Below, in pieces: positions 24,989 to 39,076 of a DNA stretch of 64,000 nt; the stretch's first letter is position 1, and each line of letters begins with the position of its first letter. The notes below the pieces were generated by a model that did not search any database, was not told the DNA's origin, and saw only the letters and a program-made list of their open reading frames with translations. A program made the translations under genes and the position numbers. Source of the stretch: Octopus vulgaris. Its lineage: Eukaryota. The stretch covers positions 15,934,001 to 15,998,000 of the forward strand of contig OX597820.1 of the NCBI GenBank assembly GCA_951406725.2, given 5' to 3'.

Positions 24989-27737
24989 CGCACATATACA
25001 TAAGCTTACGTTTGCAAACATGCAATCATATACATTCATACATATTTAGATATGCAAATAGGGTTGTCAGATAAATTCGTTCGTCCCACCCCTATTATTT
25101 CAATTGTTTCCAGTGGTTATTGAATTACCACGAAAAACATTTTAATGGAGGTTTTTTTTGTTCTTTTTTGTTCTAGCTCTATTCGTCCTCTACAACTTTC
25201 GTTTATCGTTTGAAATCTGAATGGATTTTATCCCCATTCAGGGATATAACGATGGAGTACCACGTAGAAAAAAGAAATCCAACGAATTTCTTTGACGAAT
25301 TTACATTTTATTCTAATATAAGGTACGGACAACGTTTCCCAAGAAGCGAGTTGCATGAGACGTGGTTCATTATCAGGCGAGCCGCAACATTAAAAAAGAA
25401 CTGTTAAAATAATTTTTCGTTTCGGTATGCCATTCAGAAAGTCTTGCGGGTCGCAGGTTTCCAATGACTTTTATCACAGAGTGAAAAAAAAAATTTTTAG
25501 CACTAGTATTACTTCTGCGAGAGGAGTTGACCGGAATCCACCCCTATTCATTAAAAATAAATTCATCAATGGTGGCATACCTTAAATTAGATTCCAAATT
25601 ACTCAAAATTGCTGAATAGTACTTTCTTAATTATTATAGAATTAACAGCTTCAGTGTCTGCTGCTCATATGCAAATTAGACGGACCTGTTTAGACTTGTC
25701 CCAGTTTGTGTGTTCTACAAATAGCTGTTATTTACAGCCCCAACATGGAGAGATAATTTCCGAAGAATATCTGTTACCACCTTAAGGGAGTGGTGTGTTT
25801 TAAAAAAATGTAATTTTTCCCCAAAATCTTTTGTCAGAATCGTAATTGCCGGTGTATAAAATAATCTTTTTTTACTGAAGGCACAAGGCCTTGAAATTTG
25901 GTGGGTGTGTGGGGACTAGTCGATTACCTCCACCCCAGTGTTTCACTGGTGCTTAATTTATTGATCTCGAAAAGATTAAAGGTAAAGTCGACCTCGGCGG
26001 AATTTGAACTCAGAACGTAAAGGCGGACGAAATGCCACTAAGCATTTTTGCCTGGCGTGCTAACGATTCTGCCAACTCGCCGATTTTGTGTTAGTAATAA
26101 TAATGATAATAAAATTAAGGGACACCTCCCTAATTCCTTACCGTTTTTCTCCCCTATGAGGTAGTGATAGCTATTTACAAAACCTGCCCTAGGATTAGAA
26201 ATAAGCCAGATCTACTCACGAAGTGACATAATCCAGTAGCATAGCAACGTTACTTAATCTTTTGTGTGGGGTTAATAATATTAATATTTCATTAAGGCGG
26301 CGAGCTGGCAGAATCGTTAGCACGTCGGACAAAATGCTTAGCGGTATTTCGTCAGCCGCTATGTTCTGAGTTCAAATTCCGCCGAGGTCGACTTTGCCTT
26401 TCATCCTTTCGGGGTCGATAAATTAAGTACCAGTTACGCACTAGGGATGATGTGATCGACTTAATCCGTTTGTCTGTCCTTGTTTGTCCTCTCTGTGTTT
26501 AGCCCCTTGTGGGTAGTAAAGAAATAGGTATTTCGTCTGTCGTTACGTTCAGAGTTCAAATCCCAAGTCGCCGCGTAGTGAGATTGAACCTGAAACCACG
26601 TCCACCTATTCTTTTACTTGTTTCAGTCATTGGATTGCTGGAGCACCGCCTTGACGAGTTTTAGCCGAGCAAGTCGACCCCAGGACCTATTTTTAAGCCA
26701 AGGACTTATTCTATCGGCTCCACTTTTGCAGAACCGCTAAGTTACAGCGGACGTAAACACACCAACACCGGTTGTCAAGCAGTGATGGTGGGTAAACACA
26801 GAGACACATACACACACATATATATTTATATGCAACGGGCTTCTTTCAGTTTCCACTCTCAAGGCTTTGGTCGGTCCGAGGCTTTAGGAGGAGATACTTG
26901 CACAAGGTGCCACGCATTGGAACTGAACCTAGGCCCATGTGACTGAGGAGAAAGCTTCTTACCACACAGCCACGCCTGCGCCTATGTCGCACGCGCGCGC
27001 ACACACACGTATGTATGTATCTATGTATGTATGTATGTGTGTGTGTGTGTGTATTTAAGGTGAAACTTTTTTTTCTCGTGACCGAGTTCCACGCTACCGA
27101 TTATTCACACGATTGAGTCACACTCAGTAATCAGAAACGTGACGCTGAGTCATGTTTCAAGAAGGTTCGGCTTCTTATAATATACAAACATTCGATCTTA
27201 TGTATTGGGTATTTCTTTTCTGCACCTAAGTGCAAACTTTCACTATCCCAGCTAAAACGCGCGCATGCGCACGCACACATACGCATGCGCGTTACTATCT
27301 GTTAAGTAATAAATTCGTTCGTAATGATTTTTTTCTTATAAAGTACATTATTCGCCTTTTTTCACGCGTTCAGCACTTTCACCGCACATATACACATCCA
27401 CATATACACGCGTAGAGATATACGCATACACGTATTTGGGTACACGCGTGTATAATATCTGTGTGTATGTTTGAGCGCGCTTGTGTATACACATATACAT
27501 TTACACACACACACACTATATATACATATATATATATATTTGTGTGTGTGTATATATATTCTTTTATTTGTTACAGTCATTTGACTGCGGCCATGCTGGA
27601 GCACCACATTTAATCGAACAAATCGGCCCTAATACTCATTCTATCGGTTTCTTTTGCCGAACCGCTAAGTTACGTAAACACACCAGCATCGGTTGTCAGG
27701 CATTGATGGAGGGACAAACACAGACACACAAACATAT

Positions 27738-27787
<50 letters not shown>

Positions 27788-28965
27788 GACGGACTTCTTT
27801 CAGTTTCCGTCTACCAAATCCACTCACAGGGCTTTGGTCGGGCGGACGGAGGCTATAGTAGAAAACACTTGTCCAAGGTGCCACGCAGTGGGACTGAACT
27901 CGAAACCATGTGGTTGGTAAGCAAGCTATTTACCACACATATATACACACGTATATATGTATATATAATATGGTATGTTGACGCAAACAGGGAAAAAGAG
28001 AATTCAAAATATGTCCGTATGCATACTTTTATTACACATACACACACACATACTTACGGGTAAACGAATAAAAAAATTCCCTCGGCACATTTTGTCACAT
28101 ATATCTGGTAATTTTATGCGAAGTGGACTGCATGCGCCCGACTGTTATTAAAATTATATATAAACTCAGTTATAAACAAACGTGCATGTATATATATTTA
28201 TACACACACATAGTGGAAGAGCAATGGTCCAGTGGTCAGAGCAGCGGACTCGCGGTCGTGAAATCGCGGTTTCCCAGACCGGGCGTTGTGAGTGTTTATT
28301 GAGCGAAAACACCTAAAGCTCCACGAGGCTCCGGCAGGGAGTGGTAACGATCCCTGCTGTACAACTTTCTCTCACTCATTCTTCCTGTTTCTGTTGTACC
28401 TGTATTTCAAAGGGCCAGCCTTGTCACACACTGTGTCACGCTGAATCTCCCCGAGAACTACGTTAAGGGGTACACGTGTCTGTGGCGTACTCAGCCACTT
28501 GCACGTTAATTTCATGAACAGGCTGTTCCGGTGATCGGATCAACTGGAACCCTCATCGTCGCAACCGACGGAGAACCACGACACACACACACACACACAT
28601 GACTTTGGTGTTTATGTGTGCGTGTCACACGAAGTGTTGATTTTTCCCAAGTAACTGCTGATAGAACGAATCTATGATTAAAGGCTTTCCAACCATGCCC
28701 ATCCCCGCACCCAGTGATCTGTATCATAAGAGTATACAACTGATATGAATTAATAATTTCTAGCGGCTTGCGCAATACCGTAGAGACAATCTCGTTGACT
28801 CATATACACGTGTTGTGTTCATGTTTATAAACAGAATTATGCATGTGTGCGCTGGAGTGGCTGTGTGGTAAGTAGCTTGCTTACCAACCACATCGTTCCG
28901 GGTTCAGTCCCACTGCGTGGCACCTTGGGCAAGTATCTTCTACTATAGCCTCGGGCCGACCAAAG

Positions 28966-29018
<53 letters not shown>

Positions 29019-29238
29019 TTGTGTGTCTGTGTTTGTCCCCCCAACATCGCTTGACAACCGATGCTGGTGTGTTTACGTCCCCGTAACTTAGCGGTTCGGC
29101 AAAAAAAAAAAACCCGATAGGCTTACAAAACCCCCGTACTAGGCTTACAAAGAATAAGTCCTAGGATCGATTTGCTCGACTAAAGGCGGTGCTCCAGCAT
29201 GGCCGCAGTCAAATGACTGAAACAAGTAAAAGAGTAAA

Positions 29239-29323
<85 letters not shown>

Positions 29324-31896
29324 AGCTGGTGACGAACCCTGCTGTACTCTTTCACCACAACTTTCTCTCACTCTTTCTTCCATATATATACATTTGTAGG
29401 GCAGGATTCAAAACTATACATGCATAAAATTTCTTTTCATTGACACTTGTCATCGAAGAAGCATTTACGCCAGTCCTGGGTAAATTGCGGCCCACGGGAA
29501 GAAATGATCTTGAATTTTTTCCTTTTTTTTTTTTTTAGTAGGGCGGCCCGCCTAATGATGAGTCATGTCTCATGCGGCCCGCTCCTTGAAAAATTTGTCC
29601 TTGTTCGATCTATGCGATCCATCGACTCGTTAGAAATAGCAAGGAAATTCTTTTAAAGCGCACTTTTGTTGTTTTTTTTTTAAGATGCATCGGACAATTC
29701 GTAAACAGACTGAGTTTTTGATCATAGAGCTGGTCAGTAACTTTCCTTGGGTTAAATAAACAACAACAATGCTCTTCGAAGAGTTTTCAAATACTCGCTT
29801 ATATTCCATAAATGTCAAAACAAATAAACAAACACATTAATACAAATCAATAAAAATAAAAATAAAAACGAGGGTGCTTTCGCGTGGTCTGTCGATGTGC
29901 TAGAAACAGCAGTCAAATCACGTCTCCTGCAATGCGCATCGCTGCCGACTTTAAAGACAGGGAGAAGATACATTAAACAATGCATTCGCAGACAGAAACG
30001 AAATGGTTTAATGCTTCTTAGAATGCCTTTACGCACGGAAGTCTGCTCCATCGGATTTAGGATTAGACAACAATAAAACATGATCGTTTAGAAAAATATA
30101 TAAGCGATTATAAAAAATATAAGCGATTATAAAAAAAAATAGTGATTATATAGGCAAAATGCTTACGGTTATAAGTGTAGAATTTTGGCTCCCGCCATAA
30201 ATTGTATATATAAATGTAAGTTCCAAAATATTTTTTTATGTCGCGACAGAAGGCACTGGATTCTGTTATTATTCCTGATTTGTAAAGCGAAACGTTCACA
30301 AGTAGAACTGTACGTATAATGCTTGTGATTATGTATAAATATATATATATATATATATATGTTTGTGCGTGTGTAAATATATATATATGTATATGTATAT
30401 ATATTTATATGTAAATATATATATTGACGTTTATGAAAATATATGTATTATTATTCTGTGATATGAACAGATTATGCGATATCCACGTTCGAGTAAGTCC
30501 TTGTAAAAGATTAACAACATTATGGGCCTTGCCTGAGTTTTTAAATGGATTCGGTCGGGGAGGGGGAGGGGGAGTCAGTCGCGGTGACAGTGTTTGAAGC
30601 AGTGGGACAATGGTGGCGGCAGCGGAGGCGGCGATGAGATGGTAGTGGTTGTGGTGGTGGTGTAGGAGTAGGAGGAAAGGGAGGGAGAAGAGGAGGAGGA
30701 AGAAGAAAAAAAGAGAGCAAAAGGGAAAAACGAGAAGTTTAATAGTTGAGATCCGGGAATACACATATTTGTATGCACGTATGTGTGTATGTGTATATAT
30801 ATCTATGTATGTATATATATATGTATATGTATATGTATGTGTATGTGTATTTCTCTCTCTCTCTCTCTCTCTCTCTTTTATTTATTTATTTTTTCTCAAA
30901 TTTGTCAATAAGCAGAAAATGAAACGGATATGGGGAGAGAGAGAAAAAAAAATGTCATCACCGCCCCCCCCCCCACTCTTACCATTATTGTCACTAAACA
31001 CCACCGCCACCACCGCTGCCACCGCCGCCGCCGCCACTACCACCACCACCACTACCACTGCTGTTATCTGAGCGCTATCAACACCACCACCACTACCACC
31101 ACCATCACCACCATAATCATTACCACCACCACCACCACCACCTTTATTATCTGAGCGCTATCAACACCGCTGCCTCCACCGCCACCACCACCACCACCAA
31201 TACTACCACCACCACCACCACTCCAACAGCAACACCAACACAACAAACAACAACCTTCGCGCGGTCGTTCGGTTTTCTAAGAAATCCTGAGCCCCCCCCC
31301 CCCACCTCCGCCGAATTTCTCACCCGACCGTTTTAAAAAAAATAAACTCGCATTAAAACAATGCAGTCCTAGATAAGATATGCAAAGGACAATGCAAAAT
31401 AGACGAGGTGGTGGTCACGTCTGGAACGCCTTTGATCTTTGCACATGCTCTCTACTCGTGGCCAAACAACAGCAGCAACAACAACTATCCCAGTTATATC
31501 GACAACACTGTCACCAGCAAACAGCAACCTCGATGTGGTCATTTGGTATGCTAGAAGTAGCAACCAAAATTCTCTTAAATTACATCCTATAGCGTTAATT
31601 AAAGATGGATACTATGAATGCAGAAGAAAATAATATGAAAAAAAAAAAAAAATGAAATGATTACAATTGGTGAATTTTATTTATCCTAGTCCTGTTGGTT
31701 TGAGACCGACCTAGGGCTAAATAAAAAAAAACTATCAACAAACATTTTTGTTATAAGGAAAGAGGATTCTAAGTGGTGTCACTTGATCTGCTAAAAATAG
31801 CAATCAAATCTCTCTCTCAAATCGTTCGTTGGATACAGTAGTCCTTGGTTTAATATTATATATATATATATATTTACAACCCCTATCTCAATTTGC

Positions 31897-31936
<40 letters not shown>

Positions 31937-32061
31937 TTTGAAATTTAGATGGAACTGTCACGGCTGGATTGCTTCCGATCATAGATAGGTCCTGTTCATT
32001 GCAGAGTCACCACCACCACCACCACCACCACCACCTTGGGGCTTAGACTGCAACCACTATT

Positions 32062-32216
32062 TTACATTCATCATCATCATCGTCATCAACACAATCGTCA
32101 TCACCATCATCATCATCATCATCGTCATCACCATCATCATCATCATCATCGTCATCAACACCATCATCATCACCATCGTCATCACCATCATCATCATCAT
32201 CATCATCATCGCTACA

Positions 32217-32291
<75 letters not shown>

Positions 32292-32310
32292 ACTACTACT
32301 ACTGCTGCTG

Positions 32311-32347
<37 letters not shown>

Positions 32348-32362
32348 CACTACTACTACTAC
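32062..32362. repeat. (CAT)n-(CTA)n compound microsatellite
   Basis: Direct inspection. Confidence 0.95.
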
Positions 32363-32868
32363 AGCTGTCTGCCGTTACCAAAATTCCCCACAAAAAGCAA
32401 CAAACAGGCGGGCAAAGCGAAGCAAACAAATAAACAAATCCGACATCGCCAACTAAGGAAGTAACAACAACAACAACAACACTATTACTGCAGAATTTCC
32501 TCCACCACCACCACCACCACCACCACCACCACAATCCCCAACGCCGCCGCCGTCACACAGTGACAAACAACGATAGCAGCAGCAGTGACTCCACAACTTT
32601 CAGTCCAGCGGGGGCAACAACGTCACGTCACTTTCACTATGAAAGACAAACCGAAAGTGGAATTTTTCTCTTTTTTTTTTTTTTGTCATTTAAAAATAAA
32701 TCATTATCGTTCGTATTTTATTATCGCTTTATCTATTGTCTGTTTTTTTTTTTCTTTCTTTCTTTTTTTTCTTGCTACTGTGGGTTTTTCTTCCTCTTTT
32801 CAGCGACCTGTTTAGACATATCATCGCAACTTTCCAGTTTACTGCGTTGGCTGACGACCGCGCTACAG

Positions 32869-34570
32869 CTTAGTCAAGCCTGTCCTCAAGCTGTCCCGGT
32901 CGATGTTGCATGGTTCAACGGTTAAGAGGTGCGGGTTTTTTTTCCCCCTTTTCCGTTTTCTAAGAACCGTATCACGGGTTCAATCCCACTGCCTAGTATC
33001 TAGGACAAACTTTTCTTTCTTTTTACCTTTTTGGTTTCCCATATTTTTGTCTTCTTCTTGCTTAGTCAAGCTGTCCTCAAGCTGTCCCGGTCGATGTTGC
33101 ATGGTTCAACGGTTAAGAGGTGCGGGGTTTTTTTCCCCCCTTTCCGTTTTCTAAGAAACGTATCACGGGTTCAATCCCTCTGCCTAGTATCTAGGACAAA
33201 CTTTTCTTTCTTTTTACCTTTTTGTTTTCCCATTTTTTTTGTCTTCTTCTTGCTTAGTCAAGCTGTCCTCAAGCTGTCCCGGTCGATGTTGCATGGTTCA
33301 ACGGTTAAGAGGTGCGGGTTTTTTTTCCCCCCTTTCCGTTTTCTAAGAAACGTATCACGGGTTCAATCCCTCTGCCTAGTATCTAGGACAAACTTTTCTT
33401 TCTTTTTACCTTTTTGTTTTCCCATATTTTTGTCTTCTTCTTGCTTAGTCAAGCTGTCCTCAAGCTGTCCCGGTCGATGTTGCATGGTTCAACGGTTAAG
33501 AGGTGCGGGTTTTTTTTCCCCCTTTCCGTTTTCTAAGAAACGTATCACGGGTTCAATCCCTCTGCCTAGTATCTAGGACAAACTTTTCTTTCTTTTTACC
33601 TTTTTGTTTTCCCATATTTTTGTCTTCTTCTTGCTTAGTCAAGCTGTCCTCAAGCTGTCCCGGTCGATGTTGCATGGTTCAACGGTTAAGAGGTGCGGGT
33701 TTTTTTCCCCCTTTCCGTTTTCTAAGAAACGTATCACGGGTTCAATCCCTCTGCCTAGTATCTAGGACAAACTTTTCTTTCTTTTTACCTTTTTGTTTTC
33801 CCATATTTTTGTCTTCTTCTTGCTTAGTCAAGCTGTCCTCAAGCTGTCCCGGTCGATGTTGCATGGTTCAACGGTTAAGAGGTGCGGGTTTTTTTCCCCC
33901 TTTCCGTTTTCTAAGAAACGTATCACGGGTTCAATCCCTCTGCCTAGTATCTAGGACAAACTTTTCTTTCTTTTTACCTTTTTGTTTTCCCATATTTTTG
34001 TCTTCTTCTTGCTTAGTCAAGCTGTCCTCAAGCTGTCCCGGTCGATGTTGCATGGTTCAACGGTTAAGAGGTGCGGGTTTTTTTCCCCCTTTCCGTTTTC
34101 TAAGAAACGTATCACGGGTTCAATCCCTCTGCCTAGTATCTAGGACAAACTTTTCTTTCTTTTTACCTTTTTGTTTTCCCATTTTTTTTCTCTTCTTCTT
34201 GCTTAGTCAAGCTGTCCTCAAGCTGTCCCGGTCGATGTTGCATGGTTCAATGGTTAAGAGGTGCGGTTTTTTTTCCCCCTTTTCCGTTTTCTAAGAACCA
34301 TATCACGGGTTCAATCCCTCTGCCTAGTATCTAGGACAAACTTTTCTTTCTTTTTACCTTTTTGTTTTCCCATATTTTTGTCTTCTTCTTGCTTAGTCAA
34401 GCTGTCCTCAAGCTGTCCCGGTCGATGTTGCATGGTTCAAGGTTAAGAGGTGCGTTTTTTCCCCCTTTCCGTTTTCTAAGAACGTATCACGGGTTCAATC
34501 CCTCTGCCTAGTATCTAGGACAAACTTTTCTTTCTTTTTACCTTTTAGTTTTTTTTTTCTTCTTCTTGCT
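32869..34570 (+). repeat. Tandem array, 9 x ~190 bp, unit contains tRNA-like A/B boxes
   Basis: Units start at 32869, 33061, 33253, 33444, 33634, 33823, 34012, 34202 and 34392. Each has a TGGTTCAACGG-type A box (varying in units 8-9) and GGGTTCAATCCC. Confidence 0.95.
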
Positions 34571-34962
34571 ATAGCTTAGCTTTGAGCGAAGTTTCATGAT
34601 TTAAGTTGGATCAACACAAACTGTACAGAAACTTGTCGGGTGGATTGTAGAGGTACCAAACCGAATTTCCGGGTGCAACCTCTCATAGTTTGCACTAATT
34701 TACACTATTGTGCAGGTCGCATTATCAGTATTTCATTTAATTAATCTTTTGTTTTTACTCTTTTACTTGTTTCAGTCATGTGACTGCGGCTATGCTGGAG
34801 CACCGCCTTTAGTCGAACAAATCGACCCCCCCCAGGACTTATTCTTTGTAAGCCTAGTACTTATTCTATCGGTTCTCTTTTTGCCGAGCCGCTAAGTTAC
34901 GGGGACGCAAACACACCAGCATCGGTTGTCAAGCGATGTTGGGGGGACAAACACAGACACCG

Positions 34963-34999
<37 letters not shown>

Positions 35000-35136
35000 A
35001 CGGGCTTCTTTCATTTTTCATCTACCAAATCCACTCACAAAGCTTTGGTCAGCCCGAGGCTATAGTAGAAGACACTTGCCCAAGGTGCCATGCAGTGGGA
35101 CTGAACCCGGAACCATGCGCAGCCACTCCTGCACCT

Positions 35137-35245
35137 AAAAGTTTGTCCTAGATACTAGACAGAGGGATTGAACCCCTGATACGGTTCTTAGAAAACGGAG
35201 AGAGAAAAAAACGCGCGCCTCTTAACCACTGAACTATGCAACATC
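35137..35245 (-). repeat. Single diverged inverted copy of the tRNA-like core of the 190-bp unit
   Basis: Reverse complement reads gatgttgcatagttcagtggttaagagg...ttctaagaaccgtatcaggggttcaatccctctgtctagtatctaggacaaactttt. Confidence 0.9.
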
Positions 35246-35713
35246 CGTGTTGCATGCTTCAATGAATTCAATATTTGTTTAATTTAGAGTCTGTTGACGA
35301 AGATGACCACCCCTGCTTCGGTAAAATCAGTAATAGGCGCAGGCATGGCTGTGTGGTAAGAAGCTTGCTTCTCAACCACATAGTTCCGGGTTCAGTCCCA
35401 CTGCGTGGTACCTTGGGCAAGTGTCTTCTGCTATAGCTCCGAGCTAACCAAAGTCTTGTGAGTGGATTTGGTAGACGGAAACTGAAAGAATCCTGCCGTA
35501 TATATATGTATGTGTGTGCGTGTGTGTGTGTGTGTGCTTGTATCTGTGTTTGTTCCCCATCACCGCTTGACAGCCACTGAAGTCGACTTTTCCTTTCAGG
35601 GTTGATTAAATAAGTACCAGTTACGCACTGGGGTCGATGTAATCGACTTAATCCCTTCCCCTAAATTTGAGGTCTTGTGCTTCCTAACAGGCCAAGCTTT
35701 ATAACGAAATTTC

Positions 35714-35750
<37 letters not shown>

Positions 35751-36623
35751 GAGTGAGAGAGCAGTGCATTCCATCAAAGTGACACTGGGGTAAAATATAC
35801 GAAGCCCAGTATACCCATCATGTCTACCCGTCTGAAAAGGGTACACCAGGCACATGCATCACAACCATATGTGCGCAACATGGTGATCTCATACCAAGAT
35901 AAACAGCACATGACCTTGCAGGTGGGGCCCGATTAGAATCTTCTTCTGGTCGAGCAACCCATTCCGCTCACGAGGTCCCTGAATAAGGGTTGTTTAAGGA
36001 CGTTGAACGAAACACCCATGTTTCCAGATGTGAATTATTCAAACCCCAAAAGAATTCCTCTCAACACATGGCTATGATGCTCCCCCACTACTTCTGCTCG
36101 TGATCAGAGATGCACGTATCGTCAGCCATTAAGAGACATGATCAACTGGTTAAGGTCAAACAACTGACAAGCAAATCTATAGTATTATTATTACTTTCCT
36201 CTTTGGCCAAGGCCTCATCAGCTTTTTACAAGTTCCACTTGAAAAGGAAGATGAGAGTAGAGAGGGAAGTGCTGTCTCGTAGCAAATTTATTGAAAGGTG
36301 GGTGAATGTCGGGAAAATGGCCAGCATCTACGGACCAATTCTGAGGTTACACCTGTAAAAGAAAATGTAATATAAAAGGAGAAAGGGACTCTCTACCCCT
36401 TTTTGACCAGGATCCCGTGGTTTTTATGGGTTTTTCCACGAGTAACCTTTCTAAGCGCCACCCACTATTGGGAGTTTTTACTTGTTATATATATTTTCGT
36501 TGTTATCTTGAATTTTTACACGGACCTTTCTATCGGACAAAACCCTTTGTAATTTTCGTCCTGTATTTGTCCTTATATGTTTCTTTGATTTTTGTTAGCC
36601 CTTGCAGCCAATAACCAGAATTT

Positions 36624-36661
<38 letters not shown>

Positions 36662-37358
36662 TATTATTATTAATATTATTATTTCGGGGTTGATAAATTA
36701 AGTACCAGTTACGCACTGGGGTCGATATAATCGACTTAATCCGTTTGTCTGTCCTTGTTTGTCCCCTCTGTGTTTGGCCCCCTGTGGGCAATAAAGAAAT
36801 AAATATTATTATTATTATTATTATTATTATTGTTGTTGTTGCTATCATCATTATTATTCCTGTTTACTACAACGGCAATTCCAATTCCGACAGAAATATT
36901 TGGAGAAAAAACTTCATTTTGTAAACAACCACCCACTCCACTCCCATAAGATGATAACATATATTCTTCGGAATTTCCACCCTTCTTAGAACATCATCAA
37001 AGAACTATCTCTCGTTCATGTTGAGGTTATAAATAACAAACTATTTGTAGAAGTGGGACACGTCTAATTTGCATATGAACAGCGTGCACTGACGTTGTTG
37101 TTAATCATACAATAATTATGAAAGAGCGATTCAGTAAGTTTATGTAATTTGGAATCTAATATCCAAGGCCTTCATTCATGAATTTATTTTTAATGAATTG
37201 GGTTTCTCTTTATGCCAACCACATGGTTCCGGGTTCAGTCCCACTGCATGGCACCTTGGCCAAGTGTATTCTACTATAGCCTCGGGCTGACCAAAGCCTT
37301 CTGAGTGGATTTGGTAGTATATTTGGTAGCCCGTCGTATATATGTATGTATGTATGTG

Positions 37359-37391
<33 letters not shown>

Positions 37392-37735
37392 TTAGCATGA
37401 ATAAATAAATTTCATAAGACGTTATATGAATTCTTTTTTCGTGGTTTGGTTTAACTGCACTTTCTAGCATTTAAAGTCTCCTGTCAAAGGTCTCGGCCCT
37501 TTTTTTTTATCTTTCACTTTAATTTGTTTCAGTCATTTGACTGCAGCCATGCTGGAGCACCACCTTTTAGTCGAGTAAATCGACTCCAGGACTTACTCTT
37601 TGTAAGCCTAGTACTTATTCTATCGGTTCACTTTTTGCCGAACCGCTGAGTTACGGGGACGTAAACACACCAACATCGAGTGTTAAGCGATGGTGGGGGT
37701 GGGGGACAAACACAGACACACATGTACATACATAA

Positions 37736-37770
<35 letters not shown>

Positions 37771-37955
37771 TATATATATATTGGATTTTACTCATAAGAT
37801 TTTGAAATCTTACATATAATACCATTCTGCCTAAAAAAAAATGGATCTACAAATTCAATATCCCTACATATCTCACATCTATTTTCTTTTCTCCACCTCA
37901 CCCTCTATTTTGTATCACATCTAAACTAACTCTGACTTAACCATCCTCTCACACC

Positions 37956-38007
37956 GTCTCCGATGAAGGGATATAATAAATAAATATCCTTGAAACAGCT
38001 GTAAGAC
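37956..38007 (+). ncRNA. Type I hammerhead ribozyme motif (U4C variant core)
   Basis: GTCT-CCGATGA-AGGGATAT(loop)ATATCCTT-GAAA-CAGCTG-TA-AGAC. Palindromic stem III ACAGCTGT, GUA site. Confidence 0.7.
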
Positions 38008-38186
38008 CCTCTATCTACAAATGTTCTAATATCTACACAGCCTTGGCTTTTTATCTCATTACGCAAAAAATTCTTAGATATATATATGTTCAAAAATTAT
38101 ATAGAAGTACAAACAAACGGAATGTCGCTAAGTCCTCATTAGTTCTGTTTGTGTGTATTTTCTGTTCGTTCTGTTTGTTTGTATTA

Positions 38187-38395
38187 CTCTCTTTTACTTG
38201 TTTCAGTCATTTGACTGCGGCCATGCTGGAGCACCGCCTTTAATCGAGCAACTCGACCCCGGCACTTCTTTGTAAGCCCAGTACTTATTCTATCGGTCTC
38301 TTTTGCCGAACCGCTAAGTGACGGGGACATAAACACACCAGCATCGGTTGTCAAGCAATGCTAGGGGAACAAACACAGACACACAAACATACACG

Positions 38396-38454
<59 letters not shown>

Positions 38455-38617
38455 GACGGGCTTCTTTCAGTTTCCATCTACCAAATCCACTCACAAGGCT
38501 TTGGTCGGCTCGAGGCTATAGTAGAAGACACTTGCCCAGGATGCCACGCAGTGGGACTGAACCCGGAACCATGTGGTTGGTAAACAAGCTACTTACCACA
38601 CAGCCACTCCTGCGCCT
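38187..38617 (-). mobile_element. tRNA-derived CORE-like SINE family B with an internal microsatellite, representative copy
   Basis: tggctgtgtggt..gggttcagtccc head, ccttgggcaagtgtctt core, (TA/CA)n spacer, tail gcagtcaaatgactgaaacaagtaaaag. Other copies at about 2580, 11236, 16255, 17875, 21515, 26610, 27560, 28848, 34755, 35336, 37215, 37520, 50440 and 57577. Confidence 0.85.
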
Positions 38618-39044
38618 ATATAGTTTTGCAACATATTTAATGTAGCGCCACGCACGTTCTTATTTTGTAACTATTCCGTGAATATATATATATAGATATA
38701 GATATATATAGCAATCTTTCGATTGAGGCCCATAAAATGGCCAGTTTTAAAACGAAAGGAAATAATCTCTTATACTCGGCGATAAAACGTAAGTGAAAAG
38801 TACATGATTTAGCAATAGCTTCAGAATCTGAACGATGTATTTGTAATCAGTTTTGCCTTTTGAGGAAGGGTGGTCGAGTTAAAACACTCAGGAAGTGAAA
38901 CAAAGTGATTGTCGGGGATGAGTAATATCTAAACCGTTTACGCATTTTGCTTTGTTAAAATCGGGAAAATGAAACAAAATGATGACCTGACTGATTACGA
39001 AGGTAAGTAAATGGTTATTTGTAAAATTTTGATTTTGCTGCAGC

Positions 39045-39076
<32 letters not shown>

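Noticed and set aside
33031-34446. 181-263 aa ORFs in the 190-bp array
   Set aside because: They arise from tandem repetition; homopolymer length changes shift the frame between units.
32869-34570. Array as a tRNA gene cluster, CRISPR or hammerhead retrozyme
   Set aside because: No acceptor stem or anticodon arm, an internal T-run, no unique spacers, and no CTGANGA core on either strand.
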